The notes beneath the pieces are model-generated. The model was given only the letters and a program-made list of their open reading frames with translations. It was not told the origin of the DNA and did no database searches. Of a stretch of 64,000 bases of DNA, positions 1 through 13,936 are shown in pieces. This DNA comes from the human T2T-CHM13v2.0 reference genome, Homo sapiens. The DNA lies in assembly GCF_009914755.1 (NCBI RefSeq), contig NC_060937.1, one strand, 5' to 3'. The first letter of the stretch is position 1. Each line of letters begins with the position of its first letter. Both the position numbers and the translations under genes were made by a program.

Positions 1-2923
1 GAGGAATTCTGGGAAATAAAGGACAAATTGCACCTGATATTACTGGTATGAGGTAGCTGTCACCGAGGTGCATGTTTGTGATTCTTTTCAAGGATGTTTT
101 TTAAATCATAATTACAAACAAAATTTAGTATATTCAACCAGTATAAGGAGAAAAATTCATTTTTACATTTGTCACCTGTGCTGATAAAATTCTAACAAAT
201 TTTGAATGAAATATTTAGCACCCCTCTTTGGAAATGGGGCTTAAATTAGACTTCAGGGTACTTAGCTTTCAAAAAACTTTCATCTCCAGGAAATGTTTTA
301 TGGGCCTTGTATATTTTTTAATATTTATCTCCTTGCTATCAATGATACAAAGAATATGCATTGCCTAACTTATACCTAAAGCTACATTTATTCTAGACTT
401 TCTAAATTCTAGACTAAAATGTAAGTATAATTTTCTGTTTACATTATTATTGTAACTCTTAAGATGATTTAGTTTAGCTTTCACCCAATATCTATCAGGT
501 CCTGGCCTCTAGGACTAGGCTAATTTGACTGATTGTGTTAAAGTCAAACTGGGTAACATCCTGATTCCAGAGTCCAAATAGAGTTCAATTGAAATAAGAT
601 TCGTGTTTAGCTACCAGGCACATCATAGGCACCAGCAAATTGTGTTACTTGAGAAAGCTGTTTCAAATGTAGTCTCTTTTAATACATAATCCCATTTGAT
701 AAGGGAGTCACACAGGAAGCACTAAGACTGCAAAATGATTAAAAGGGTATATATGCAGCATCTTTGAAAGGCACGGAATTGACAGCCTTTCAGAAGTTCA
801 GATTCTCATATTGGACAATAACAAAAATGTCTTAAGACTCTGCCCTAATATTTCCATGCAAATATGTAAGTTACTTACAACTAGTAAATTCTGATAATCT
901 AATAAGGTTGGATTACATCTGAAAATCTTCCCCTTGGATATTATGCTTCCAAAGCAGAAACCTTTTAATACAGGAATTCGTGCTCAAATGGTTATAAGAC
1001 AATCAGGAAAAGAAGTAAAAATGTGGCATCGTTTACTGCGATTCTAATTTCAAATGGAATCAAGTTTTCCAAATAGTAAGGTAATTAACAGGAAGAAAAA
1101 AGTTCTTAAGAAGCTGAGTAAGGAAAAAGATGTCATTGTTGAATGATTATGGACCACACTTTCAGTTCTTTGCCAAGATTCAATTCAGTGCCTGCAATTT
1201 TCAGACTCACAGACACGTCTTGCAGAATCCAGAGCCCCTTCAGTTTCATTAAGTTTTCCTTCTATATCCTCAGTTGCTGTGAATTTGGCTGTATTATTGA
1301 GTACTTAAAGTTCACTCAAGGATGTTCGTATTTTCAAAACAGGGTCTTGAGAACACAACTAGAATGTTGACAATTCTGTACTGTGGCAGCAGATTGTATT
1401 AATGTACACAGCAAATAACCGATGTCAAATTGATGCAGCTGCCCAGCTGTCTGGCCTTTGTCTGCAGGTTTAATTCCCAGAATGGGACTGGGGTAATCCC
1501 TTTGTGATACAATCAGCTCTAGGGGTTTAGTCGCTTATATTACATTATTGAAGGGATGATGAGCTGATGATGGGCTGATAACAGGAAGATTGCATTAGGC
1601 AGAATATTAGCCCAAATACCTCTGAGATGCTAAACTGCCTCTGTTGCTGGAACCTTACACACAGTTTTTTTTGTTTTTGGTTTTTCTTTTTTTTATATTA
1701 AAAAAAGCAAATTGAAATCATCTTACGATAAGTCTGAAGTAGTTTGCCTAGATAAGAGTCCATATTTAGCATATAGAAGATAATTTTCACAATAAATGGA
1801 TAACAGAAAAATTTGGAATAGAGAGTATATTTGCATAACATATTATATATTGTGTAAAGTACACATATAACATATACATATATTATATACATATGATAAC
1901 AGTATAATATTATTTTGGTAAAGTCATACAAACCAATAGATTTGTCACAAATTATATCATGATTTAAAATACTGACTGCCTTTAATTTCAAGAATTTGAA
2001 GCAAATTTCACTTTCAACATTATTTTGAGACTGGCATCATGAGCTACTGTGTCTTTCCTCTATCAAAGTTCTCACCAGCAAAGGCATTAATACTTTGATT
2101 TTCCGAGGGGAGCGATGGCACGTTATTTGGGTTAGTTAGCAGGCCGGTACCCTCTGATCTTATAATTCTTTGAGAATGAGAACTTCAGAATTTGTGGAAG
2201 CAATCTTGTTCCAAATAGGAGAATACTACTTTTCCTAACCTGCAAAACAGAATTCCCTCAAATAAATTGTTTAATTCGTTTAACAAACCATTTAAAAATC
2301 ATATTTTTCATTAGAAAATTACTTTGAATTAGTTTTGAATTGGTTTTCAAAAAATTGATGAGTTTATAATATGATAATCAATGTGTTCATTCATTCAGAG
2401 AAGCCTGTAGGTTAATTGCTCAGAATGAAATTGTCCCAGAAGCTTCCGTCTCTTCTAGGAGCATATGAAGTAATGTGTATTTTGGAAATGTGTTCCACGG
2501 ACAGTAAAGAGAGGAAAGAAGTGAACTGGATCTTCTGGCCCCGGAACCTCGGCTTAATGGCTTGCTCAGCACTGCTAATAGGTAAAAACCCAAAGTGAAT
2601 ATATTAATATTTGGCTATCCCAAGGCTTTGCATTTTTATCTTTCATTTTTTCTTTTTCCCTTGAAAACGAATCATCTTCTCCTCAGTCACCAGTATGGGG
2701 TCTTCCTATTCAGTATCAGGCACAAAATATATTTGTAGATAAATAAACTAACATGCTTTTTCACAATTTTCTGAACCAAAATCTGTACAGATTCTTCACT
2801 CAAGTTGAAAAAGAATATCTTGCTCATGTTAATAATCTATACAACCACTTCTAAATTTAGGACTTGATGATCCTTACACACAGATACTTTGGCAATTATT
2901 TTTAAGTAAAAGCAGGTATCAGC

Positions 2924-3237
2924 TTTTTGTTTTTTGTTTGTTTGTTTGTTTTTCTTTGAGATAGGGTCTCACTCTGTTGTCCAGGCTGAAGTGCAGTGGC
3001 ACAATCAAGGCTCACTGTAGCCTCCACCTCCGAGGCTCAAGTGATCCTCCCACCTAAGCCACCCAAGTAGCTGGGACTACAGGCACACACCACCACGCCT
3101 GGTAAACTTTCTTATTTTTGATAGAGACAGTTTCGTTATATTTCTCAGACTATTCTCATACTCCTGGACTCAAGCAATTCTCCTGCCTTGGCCTCCCAAA
3201 GTGCTGGGATTATGGGTGAGAGCCACCATGCCTGACC
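2924..3237 (-). mobile_element. Alu, AluJ-type
   Basis: T/GTTT tail, then gagatagggtctcactctg...ggctcaagtgatcctcccacc...gagccaccatgcctgacc; diverged. Confidence 0.93.
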
Positions 3238-3240
3238 TGC

Positions 3241-5015
3241 TTTTTTTCTTTTACATAAACTTTATTTTTTAGAGCAGTTATGGGTTTACAGCAAAATTGA
3301 GTGGAAAGTACAGAGAGTTCCCATATACCACCAGCCCCCACACATATACACGCAGCCTCCCCCACTATCAACATCCCACACCTGAGTGGGACATTTGTTA
3401 TAATTGATGAACCTACATTGACACATTATCACCTAAAGCCAATAGTTTATATATACTTACTTATATATAGTTTATATATACTTATAGTTTATATGTACTT
3501 ACTTATATAAGTAAGTATAACTCTCAGTGTTGTACATTATAGGGATTTGGATAAAAGCATAATGGCATGGATCCACTATTATAGTATCACACAGAGTAGT
3601 TTCACTACCCTAAAAATTCTCTGTGATCTGCCTATTCAACCCTCCCTCGCCCCAACACCTAGCAACCACTGGCCTTCCTGTCTCTTTTCCAAAATGTCAT
3701 ATATTTGGAATCATACAGTATACAGCCTTTTCAGATTTGCTTCTTTTGCTTAGTAATAGGCATTTAAGACTCCTCCATATCTTTCATGGCTTGATAGTTC
3801 ATTTCTTTTTATTGTTGATTAACATTCTGATGTCTGGTGTACTACAGTTTATTTATCCATTCACCTCCTGAAGGACATGTTGATTGCTTCTAAGTTTTGG
3901 TATTTACGAGTGAATCTTCTATGAACAACATGTACAGGTTTTTGCATAAACACAAGTTTTCAATTTATTTAGGTAAATACCAACAAGCATGATTGCTGGA
4001 TCATGTGATACGAGTATATTTAATTTTGTAAGAAACTACCAAACTGTCTTCTAAACTGCCAGTGCCATTTTGCATTCTCATGAGCAATGAATGAGAGTCC
4101 CTGTTGCTCCACATCCTCGTCAGCATTTGGTGTTATCAGCATTCTGGATTTGGGCCATTTTAACAGGTTTGTAGCAGTATCTCATTGTTGCTTCCATAAG
4201 ACATATGATGTTGAGCATCTTTTCATATGCTTATTTGCTATCTGTAAATCTTCTTTTGTGAAGTGTCTATTCAGGTCTTTTGCCCATTTTTAATCAGGTT
4301 TTTTGTTGTCTTATGTTTTAGGAATTGTTTGTATAGTTTGGATAACAGTTCTTTATCAGATATGTCTTTAGCAAATATTTTTGCCTACTCTGTAGATTGT
4401 CTTCTCATTCTCTTGTCATTGTCTTTCACAGAGCAGAAGTTTTTAATTTTAATGAAGTCCAGCTTATCAGTTATTTCTTTCATGGATCACGTCTTTGTTG
4501 TTGTACATAAAAAGTCAACACCAAACCCAAGGTCGACTAGGTTTACTCCTATATTATCTTCTAGCAGTTTTATAGTTTTGTATTTTACAATTAGGACTGT
4601 GATCCTTTGAGTTAATATTTGTGAAGGGTATAAGTTCTGTGTCTAGATTCACTTTTTTGCATGTGGATGTACAGTTGTTCCAGCACCATTTATTGAAAAG
4701 AGTATCTTTTCTACATTATATTACTTTTGCTCCTTTGTCAAAGATCATTTGACTATATTTATATGTGTCTATTTCTGGCCTCTCTAACTTGCTCCATTGA
4801 TCCGTTTTCTATTCTATCTCCAAAACCACACTGTCAATTACCGTAGCTTATAGTAAGTCTTGATGTTGAGTAGTATAATCCTTCAATTTGTTCTTCTTCG
4901 ATATTGTGCTGGCCATCCTGAGTCTTTTGCTTTTCCATATGAACTTTAGAATCAGTTTTTTTATATCCATAAAATAACTTGCTGTGATGGGATTATGGTT
5001 GGGATTTCATTGAAT
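3241..5015 (-). mobile_element. L1 3' part (L1MC-like)
   Basis: ttttagagcagttatgggtttacagcaaaattgag...gtacagagagttcccatatacc matches an L1MC 3' end, followed by antisense ORF2-end sequence. Confidence 0.88.
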
Positions 5016-5019
5016 CATA

Positions 5020-5850
<831 letters not shown>

Positions 5851-5904
5851 GTATATGCTTTTAGGACCATGACACACTGAAAGAACATTATAATTGATGA
5901 CTGC

Positions 5905-6130
5905 AGTAGACATGTGTTAGTGTTTGTCTACAGAGTATCCAACTCCTGTTTCTAGTTTTGGAGAGTTCCTCATTGTTACAACTACAAAGTCTCAGTGGGG
6001 TATCATTCTCCAATTTGTGATACAAAAACTTACTCCTCCACACACAGGACTACCAGAATCTTGGAACATGATGGGAGGTGGGACTTTGAATCTTGAGAAA
6101 ATGAGCCAAAACAAAGGGACATTGGCTGCA
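5905..6130 (+). mobile_element. Old ERVL-class LTR, 5' fragment (LTR33/LTR41-like)
   Basis: LTR-like start; probably pairs with the fragment at 8020-8270. Confidence 0.4.
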
Positions 6131-6199
6131 TACTATTCTCATGGTGAGTTCTCAGGTTTCATTTATTATCTCAACAAAATTGATTAATCCTCATCCTTA

Positions 6200-7716
6200 T
6201 AATAAGTTATTCATTTACCTTCTAGAAAATCACTTTCTCATTGTTCCATCTATTTTACTGGCTATATAAACATCTACCTGCTTGACATCTTCACATGAAT
6301 GTTGTTTTGATGCATTGGTGCTGCTCTAGCAAAATACCTGAGACTGGGTAATTTATAAAGAACAGAAATTTATTCTCTTACAGTTCTGGAGGCTGGGATG
6401 TTCAAGATCAAGGAACCAGCAAGTTTGACTTCTGGTTCATCATAGATGGCTTCATCTAGGTATCTTCAAATGGCAGAAGAACAAAAAGCAGAAGAAAACA
6501 AACCCACTGCCTCAAGACCTTTCATAAGGACCCCAATCCCATCCCTGAGGGCTCTGCCCTTGTGACTTAATAACCTCCTAAATGTTCCACCTTTTAATAC
6601 TATTACATTGGTGATTAAGTTTCAATATATGAATTTTGGAGGACACATTCAGACTATAGCAAATGTCTAAAAGTTAATATGTCTAAATCCAAACTCCTAA
6701 TTTCTACCCCTAAGCCTCCTCCTCCAGCAGTCTTTCCCATCTCAGTAAATATAGTAAATACAGCTCCAGCCTTCCAGGTGCTCAGGCCAAAAGACTTGGT
6801 ACTTGCAGATAGTGATTTGGGAATAAAAGGAAAAAAGAAGAAGCCTTGAAATTATCTTTGCATTCCCTGACTCCTCTCTTTCTTTTACATTTAATTCATC
6901 AGCAAATTCTTTCAGAGGTACCTTCAAAATATATCTGGGGACTAGTCGCATCTCACCACTCCACAGCTTCTTCCTGATTCAGGCCCCATCACAACTCACT
7001 GGGATTACTCAACAGCCTCCATATGCTCCTAACTGAGCCCTGGCTTGACCTCCACCTCATACACATTTCTTATCTCAACACTGTAGCCAAAGCAGTGTTA
7101 TTAAAATGTAAGTGATATCACATTATTCCTCTGCTCAAAACCTTACAGTATCTTCCTATTTCATTCAAAATAAATGCCAAGGTCTTTATAATGGATTTCA
7201 AAATTCTATATGATTTAACCCCTCCCCACCTTTGTTGGTCTCTGACCTCATCTGCTCCCACTCTTTCCCTCCCTAATTCTGTTTCAACCACACTGGCCAC
7301 CTTGTGTTTCCCTGAACACGTTTGTGCCTCAGGGCCTTTGCATTTGCTCTTTTCTCAATCTGAAATACTCTTCCTCCACATATCCAAATGGCTTTCTACT
7401 TGTTTTTCTTCAGGTATCTGATTTTTAAAAAATCTCACCTAATCTGTACGAGCCACCCTAGATATCTTACATCAAGTTGTAACCCAAGGTCTCCAACACT
7501 TGACACACAATTCCTTTACATTGGGGATAAAACACATTTCAGAGCTTTCATTATTATCTGATATATATTTACCTGTTTATTTATTGTATGTCTCTCTCCT
7601 CAGAATGTAAATTTCAAGAGGGTAGTGATAGCTGTATTTCTAGCACGTAGAACAGAATCTGGCATGTAGTAGATTCTCAATAAACATTTCAAACGTTTAT
7701 ATGAAAAAATGAATGA
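6200..7716 (+). mobile_element. L2 (L2a) 3' part
   Basis: cttgacatcttcac..., cctctgctcaaaacctt, cctcagggcctttgcatttgct; terminal aataaac...tgaatga. Confidence 0.88.
6303..6661. mobile_element. MaLR solo LTR (MSTC/MLT1A-like) inside L2
   Basis: TG...CA ends; aaaatacctgagactgggtaatttataaagaacagaaattt; 5-bp TSD aatgt at 6298-6302 and 6662-6666. Confidence 0.9.
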
Positions 7717-8012
<296 letters not shown>

Positions 8013-8019
8013 ATGAATG

Positions 8020-8270
8020 AATGGCTTCTCTATAGCAGCAGTGGCAGTGGCCTGTGGAAGCAGTTTCATCCTGGACAGATTGTCTGTGCTTCCCAAATAC
8101 TGCATCTTGGCACCTCTGAAACTGTCTTGATCTCTGGCCATCTTGTACATGTAGTCCTCTAAATTCCCTTTGATTCTGTTGTATTCAAAATCTTTCCAAT
8201 CAGTTCCCTCTCTTTTTCTCCTAAAATAAAGTTGTTTTCATTGCTTGCAACCAAGAACCCTGATGATACA
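8020..8270 (+). mobile_element. Old ERVL-class LTR, 3' fragment
   Basis: Ends aataaagttg...ttgcttgcaaccaagaaccctgatgataca, typical of LTR33/LTR41-like ends. Confidence 0.6.
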
Positions 8271-9133
8271 CTAATGTACTTTACCGTCTCCCAAATTTAT
8301 TGTACAACATTCATCTCTCAGAACTCTCCTTCTCAGCTGAGCAAATGTGATCAAATAATTAGCTATGTATGAACTTAAACTACTTTTATCTTCAATAGAG
8401 TATAAGATGAGAATAAAAAGTTTTTATTTTCCAGCTTCGATAAAGGAAGCATACTGTTTTTTGCATCTATTCCAAGTCAAAAACACATAACCACAGAACA
8501 GTTTTAAGCCCACCCAAATCTGTCAAACAGGTTTTTTTCCAGTGCTCCTGAATGTCAGCAAATCCCTACACTCCATAATTCCTCTAAACCTCCTAAAAGA
8601 TTACTCTTTGCTTTGTTCAGAGACATTGTGTTTCATAAATACAGCTCCCTTTTGCATAGCAACTAATGATAAATTATAACAAATTCAGCTTTCTTCCAGA
8701 TATATTTGAGTGGTGGGCTCTTCCTTTGATAGGAGGTATTAAGGAATAAACTATTGCCAGTGGAATTCAAACTGTTCATAAGCTGTCACCTTTGTTAACT
8801 TTCTATATTGAATACATTTTATGGAGAAATTATATAGTTATTGTAGAAGGTAGTCATCATGTTTATATGACAACCCCAAATGCAGGCTATCTAGGATTTT
8901 ATTTAGAAAAAAAAATGACTACTTACTCTTAGGTTTGGTGACGTATAATTGAAAATGATGCTGAAGAAACACCTGTCAAAAGCTATAATATATGCCAGAA
9001 TAACACATCAACTGAACCTTTTTCTCCACAAAAGCTAACCAAAAGTTTTGATAAAATTTCTATAGTGGACTCCAGGCCATCTTTAAGAGAAATATCTTAA
9101 TTGCCATCAATTTTTCAAAATAACTCAAAGAAA

Positions 9134-9727
9134 CTTCCGGCTTTAACCTAAAAAAATGGGAAAGTTTCCCTCCTACCCTAACAACAACAAAAAAAGCCAT
9201 ATAATCTAAAAAATTATCATTTTTCTTAATTCTGTCAGACACCAGAAGTTGCAGGGTAATCAGTTAGTCTGAAATCTAAGGAAAGGTAAGTAAGTACCAT
9301 GTAAGTAAGTGTCTCCAGGGAGACATGGTGCAATAGTCCTGCCTCACTTGTAGCAGCCCACAGGAGAAAGGTGGAAGCTACCATACAAGTGGAAGACAAA
9401 AAAGGAAAAGAATGGGGCAGAAAAATATTTTAAGAGATAATAGCTAAGAATTTTCCAAAATTAATAAAACACTTCAAACCACTGATCACATGATTTCTCA
9501 GAAACAAGAAGAATAATTGTAAAAAAAATCTATATATGTTACAAAACCCGTATATATGTCATACTAAACTACTGAAAACCAAAGATAAGGGAAAATCTTA
9601 AAAGCCATCAGAGAGAGAGTTAATGTTATATACTGAAGAACAACAAAACAAGAATTACAGGATATTTCTCATCAGAAATTATGCAAGGTGGAAGACAATG
9701 GAGTGCTATCTTTAAAATGCTAAAAGG
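9134..9727 (+). mobile_element. Old L1M 5'/ORF1 fragment
   Basis: gaaaaaatattttaagagataatagctaagaattttccaaa...ttctcatcagaaattatgcaagg...agacaatggag matches decayed ORF1. Confidence 0.75.
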
Positions 9728-10059
9728 TCATAACTCAAAGAGTACCTTATTTCTTCCAAAACCTCTGCCAGAACTTTTCAGTCATTATTTATAAGATACA
9801 ACTTTTCCAGAAACATCATTTCTGGAAATGGTCTGTATTTGCATTGGTTGAATTAAATAATTTATAGATTGGAATTTTTCAAGTTTTAACATAATTTATA
9901 TGAAGAATATCTTATGACCCTTGGGTAAATTTAAGACAATGCAGACTACTTAGAGCATGGTTTGATACTTCAGGGCAGCCAGCAGAACTAGCTGGGTTTC
10001 TCATTGCTCCAGAATCATAGGAGTCAGTCCTACTAATTTCCATGAAGTTATAGATGCAT

Positions 10060-10290
10060 TGGTCTTAGTGATTAACAGTCCAGACTTTGAGTCAGAAAGA
10101 TCTGGGTTCAAACTCTGGCTCTACCACTTAATAACTCCAAAAGTTGGGGCAGAGCCTCTGACTCTCTGTAAAAGGGGATTAACAAAACCTGCTTGAAGTG
10201 GTTTTGTTATGTATGAATTAAATGAGATACACATAAAGTGCCTAACAGTAATAAGCTCTCACAAAATGGTAGTTCTTATAATTAGTGTGC
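10060..10290 (+). mobile_element. MIR
   Basis: gactttgagtcagaaagatctgggttcaaactctggctctaccactta. Confidence 0.8.
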
Positions 10291-11639
10291 TGTTATTTTA
10301 AGATTTGTGCCAATAATTAATACTTAGACTCAACTCTGGATAACAAAAATGAATGAAAATGCATTTCAGATGAGGATTTTTCAGTAGCTACTCTTTGATA
10401 ATTTTTCTTGCAGACATTAGTCTTCGGAGGAAATTGTGGAACAAGGCAAGTGATTTTTATTCCACTGTAAAATAAGGAGCCTACAAGAAATCTTATAAGG
10501 TCTCATGATTGAAAGTGGCCTGGTGGGTATTGCCATAGGAATTAATTACTAATGTGTCATTTGTCACTGACATCCAAAATGATATTCAATGTTTGCAAAG
10601 TGTTTTGAGTACCTTCCATAAAAGACACGTAGAGACCACAAGTGTTATGGTTTAATAAAACAATCCCAAAGCTAATGATAAATTTCATCAGAAAAGGCAA
10701 TATGTGTAGCTTGTATATGTAATTCTATTGTTAAGATTTTTGTTGGTATGCATGAGCAATATTGGTATAAGTTATCTCTAATTTTATACCACAATACATA
10801 GCTGTCTTTTTAAATTTGTTGCGTTATAGGAATCTATAGTATTCATTGATAAAATACAAATCATTTAAAGTCTATTGTATTTATTCCAGAAGTTGTAAAA
10901 TATCATTATGATTCTGTATATAAGTGTGTATTTTGTCCCTAATTGTAGTTTCATAATTTTCAGAAATCAAGTTTCCTCAGCATCCTGTAAATAGCTTATA
11001 AATAATAGCCAGATTATTTTGAATTTTTTCTGCTTTATAAATGTCATCGAGCAAGCATTCAATAATATCGAGCATCCACTCAGTGCAGGTCATTGTGTTC
11101 AGTGCCAAATAAAACTAGTAGCACATTATTAGAGTGACTTACATATGGGCTACTTTTTGAACTATGCTAAGATAATTAAAACCACATGCTACATTAAATA
11201 ACTTCATTTAATGGAGAGTTTTTAAAAATCATTTCAAGGCCATTGATGATTTTTTTTGCTCCTATTTACTTCTTTAATAAAGCAGATACTCTCCTTTATG
11301 AGCAAAATGGTGATTTGCAGCAAATGATAACTCAAATGATTAAATAATAAAGGAGATGGGATGTATTGTGCATTATCTTACACTCAAGTACTTAAGATGA
11401 TTTGCTTTGCTAGAAGTTTTGTTTTGCAGATTCCCAGGGCTTGAGAATAATATGCACAGTCATTTCATTGCAATACTACCTTTCTGACTATCGACATAAA
11501 GAGTTTCTATACCACAAAAGAATATGAAATTTCTGTTACTGAAAATATAAAGCCCCTTTTTCCATAAAAAATGCATGTACACTTCATTAGATGACCGTCT
11601 ATCTGCTTTTCTTGAGGACATTAGTCACAAATCATTGAA

Positions 11640-12085
11640 TTTAGTTATCATCTGGTCTAAACTTCTTATTTTACAGATAAAGTAGTTGAACTGAAGAGAA
11701 ACTGTGACTTCACCACAGTCTCAAAGACATTTATTAAGACTCGTAGAATCAGAGTTTTCAGGGCTGGGGCCTCAGAACCTGCATTTTCTGACAAGCCAGA
11801 AAAGCTGCTTTCAAGCAGAGATGAAAACTATGGGTCTGGCAAGACATACCAGACCATATGAGTTTTGTATTCAGACAGACCTGAATTCCACATCCCTTTG
11901 TCACTTACTACTGTGTGACTTTGAGCAAGTTATTTATCTCTCAAAATCTCCATATCTCAATTTCTTCATATAGGAAACAAGGATAATACCTGCCTGATGG
12001 GCTTAACATACATATGTATGTTAAGTAAGTTGTGCAGTGCATGGGATGTGTCCAGGGCTTATAAAGGACAGCTTTATGACTGCTT
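11640..12085. mobile_element. MIR fragments in both orientations plus a short MER5-like piece
   Basis: attttacagataaag..., gggcctcagaacctgcattttc, cttactactgtgtgactttgagcaagtt. Confidence 0.65.
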
Positions 12086-12405
12086 AGCTTCTCTACAACT
12101 TGCCTGATGCTCTTCATTACTTCCACCCCTCTTAATCTTGCGAGTGTCTCCTCTTGCGGGCTCTCAGAGGACCTTGGTGGTTATCCCACTGCCTCCCTAA
12201 CTTTTCCGACTCTCCCATGGGTGCCTCTTCCTTTACCTCCCATTAAACGTGGCCTTCCTTTAGGTCTCAGTCCTCCATTCTTTTCTCTGGCTATTTTGTA
12301 GAAGGTCTATTCCTTTCCTATTTTGTCACCCAACTCCTACTTAACAAAGACCCTTAAATTTATATATTTAGCTCTAGCCTACCTTGAGTTCCAGAATGGC
12401 ATTTC

Positions 12406-13590
12406 GTTTTCTATGATTATTTCAATAGCTTTTAGGATATAAGTGGTTTTTGGCTACATGGATGAATTGTACAGTGGTGAAGTCTGGGATTGTAGTGCAC
12501 CTGTCACCTGAGGAGTGTACATTGTACCCAATATGTAGTTTTTTATCCCTCATTCCCCCACCACCCTCCTCCTTTTTCTCCAATATTCTTTATACTGGGG
12601 GTCTCCAATCCCTAGGTTATGGAGGTACCAGTCTGTGGCCTGCCAGGAACCGGACTGCATGGCATAAGGTGAGTGGCAGGCAAGTAAGCATTACCACCTG
12701 AGCTCCACCTCCTGTCAGATCAGTGGGGGCATTAGATTCTCATAAGAGCACAAACCCTATTGTGAACTGTGCATGTGAGGGATCTAGGTTGCACTCCCCT
12801 TATGAGAACCTAATCCTGATGACCTGTCACTGTCTCCCATCACCCCTATGTGGGGACCGTCTAGTTGCAGGAAAACCTGCGCAATGATCTCACTGATTCT
12901 ACATTATGGTGAGTTGTATAATTATTTCATTATATATTACAATGTAATAATAATAGAAATAAAGTGCATAATAAATGTAATGCTCTTGAACCATCCTGAA
13001 ACCAACCCTCCCACCCCAGTCTGTGGAAAAATTGTCTTCCACAAAACCAGTCCCTGGTGCCAAAAAGGTAGGGGACCACCGCTTTATACTATTCTGTATG
13101 TCATTACGTATGCATAACTTGGTTCCCACTTACAAGTTAGAACACACAGTCTTTGGTTTGTCCATTCCTGAGTTATTTTGCTTAGAATAAGGGCCTCCAG
13201 CTCCATCCAAGTTGCTACAAAAGACATTATTTCATTCTTTTTAATGGCTGAGTAGTATTCCATGGTGTATATATAGCACATTTTCTTTATCCACTCATTG
13301 GCTGATCAGCATTTAGTTTGGTTCCATATCTTTCCAATTGTAAATTGTGCTGTGATAAACATATGCATGCAGGTGTCTTTTTGATATAATGACTCCTTTT
13401 CCTTTGGGTAGACACCCAATAGTAGGATTGCTAGATCAAATGATAGATCTACTTTTAGTTCTTTGAGAAATCTCCATACTGTTTTCCATAGAGGTTGTGC
13501 TAATTTAATTCCCACTAGCAGTGTGTAAGCATTCCCTTTCACCATACCCACGCCAGCCTCTATTATTTTTCAGCTTTTAAATAATGACCA
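12406..13590 (-). mobile_element. 5'-truncated L1PB 3' end
   Basis: ggctacatggatgaattgtacagtggtgaagtctg 3' UTR; 15-bp TSD ccagaat(g/a)gcatttc at 12391-12405 and 13591-13605. Confidence 0.92.
12596..13081 (+). mobile_element. MER1A hAT-Charlie MITE
   Basis: Matches MER1A along its length; TIR-like ends; perfect 8-bp TSD ctttatac at 12588-12595 and 13082-13089. Confidence 0.93.
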
Positions 13591-13683
13591 CCAGAATAGC
13601 ATTTCAAGCTGTCATTAAGTATTTCCAGTTTTTGGAGTCCTGTACATGCATCAAACTCATCCTAACTTGAAATGAACTTGCTA

Positions 13684-13685
<2 letters not shown>

Positions 13686-13721
<36 letters not shown>
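13686..13721. repeat. (AC)18 microsatellite
   Basis: Read directly from the sequence. Confidence 0.98.
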
Positions 13722-13723
<2 letters not shown>

Positions 13724-13734
13724 CAGCTCTGTGC

Positions 13735-13936
13735 CTCATACTGTTTTTTATCTTTTATCATAACCCCATCTTTATTTAAAATTTTGATATTTTGCTCATA
13801 ATGGGTTTTTGCATTGATTTTGATTTTTAACATATTTATCAAAATATTATTTGTCTTGATTACTAGTTTTTTGAAGTCCTCTTAAGTTATGTGCACAAGG
13901 CTAGTGCTGCACATGCCTCCTCCTAGTTCCTCCCTG
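13735..13936 (-). mobile_element. MER96B-like hAT fragment
   Basis: tttaaaattttgatattttg...atattatttgtcttgattact...cctagttcctccctg. Confidence 0.7.

Larger units (their letters stand above)
12100..13680 (+). mobile_element. L2 fragment hosting an L1PB insertion
   Basis: L2-like sequence on both sides of the L1, continuous across the TSD. Confidence 0.55.

Noticed and set aside
2098-2120. CTCF site (ttccgagggggagcg)
   Set aside because: Only the 3' half resembles the motif; cannot be supported without ChIP data
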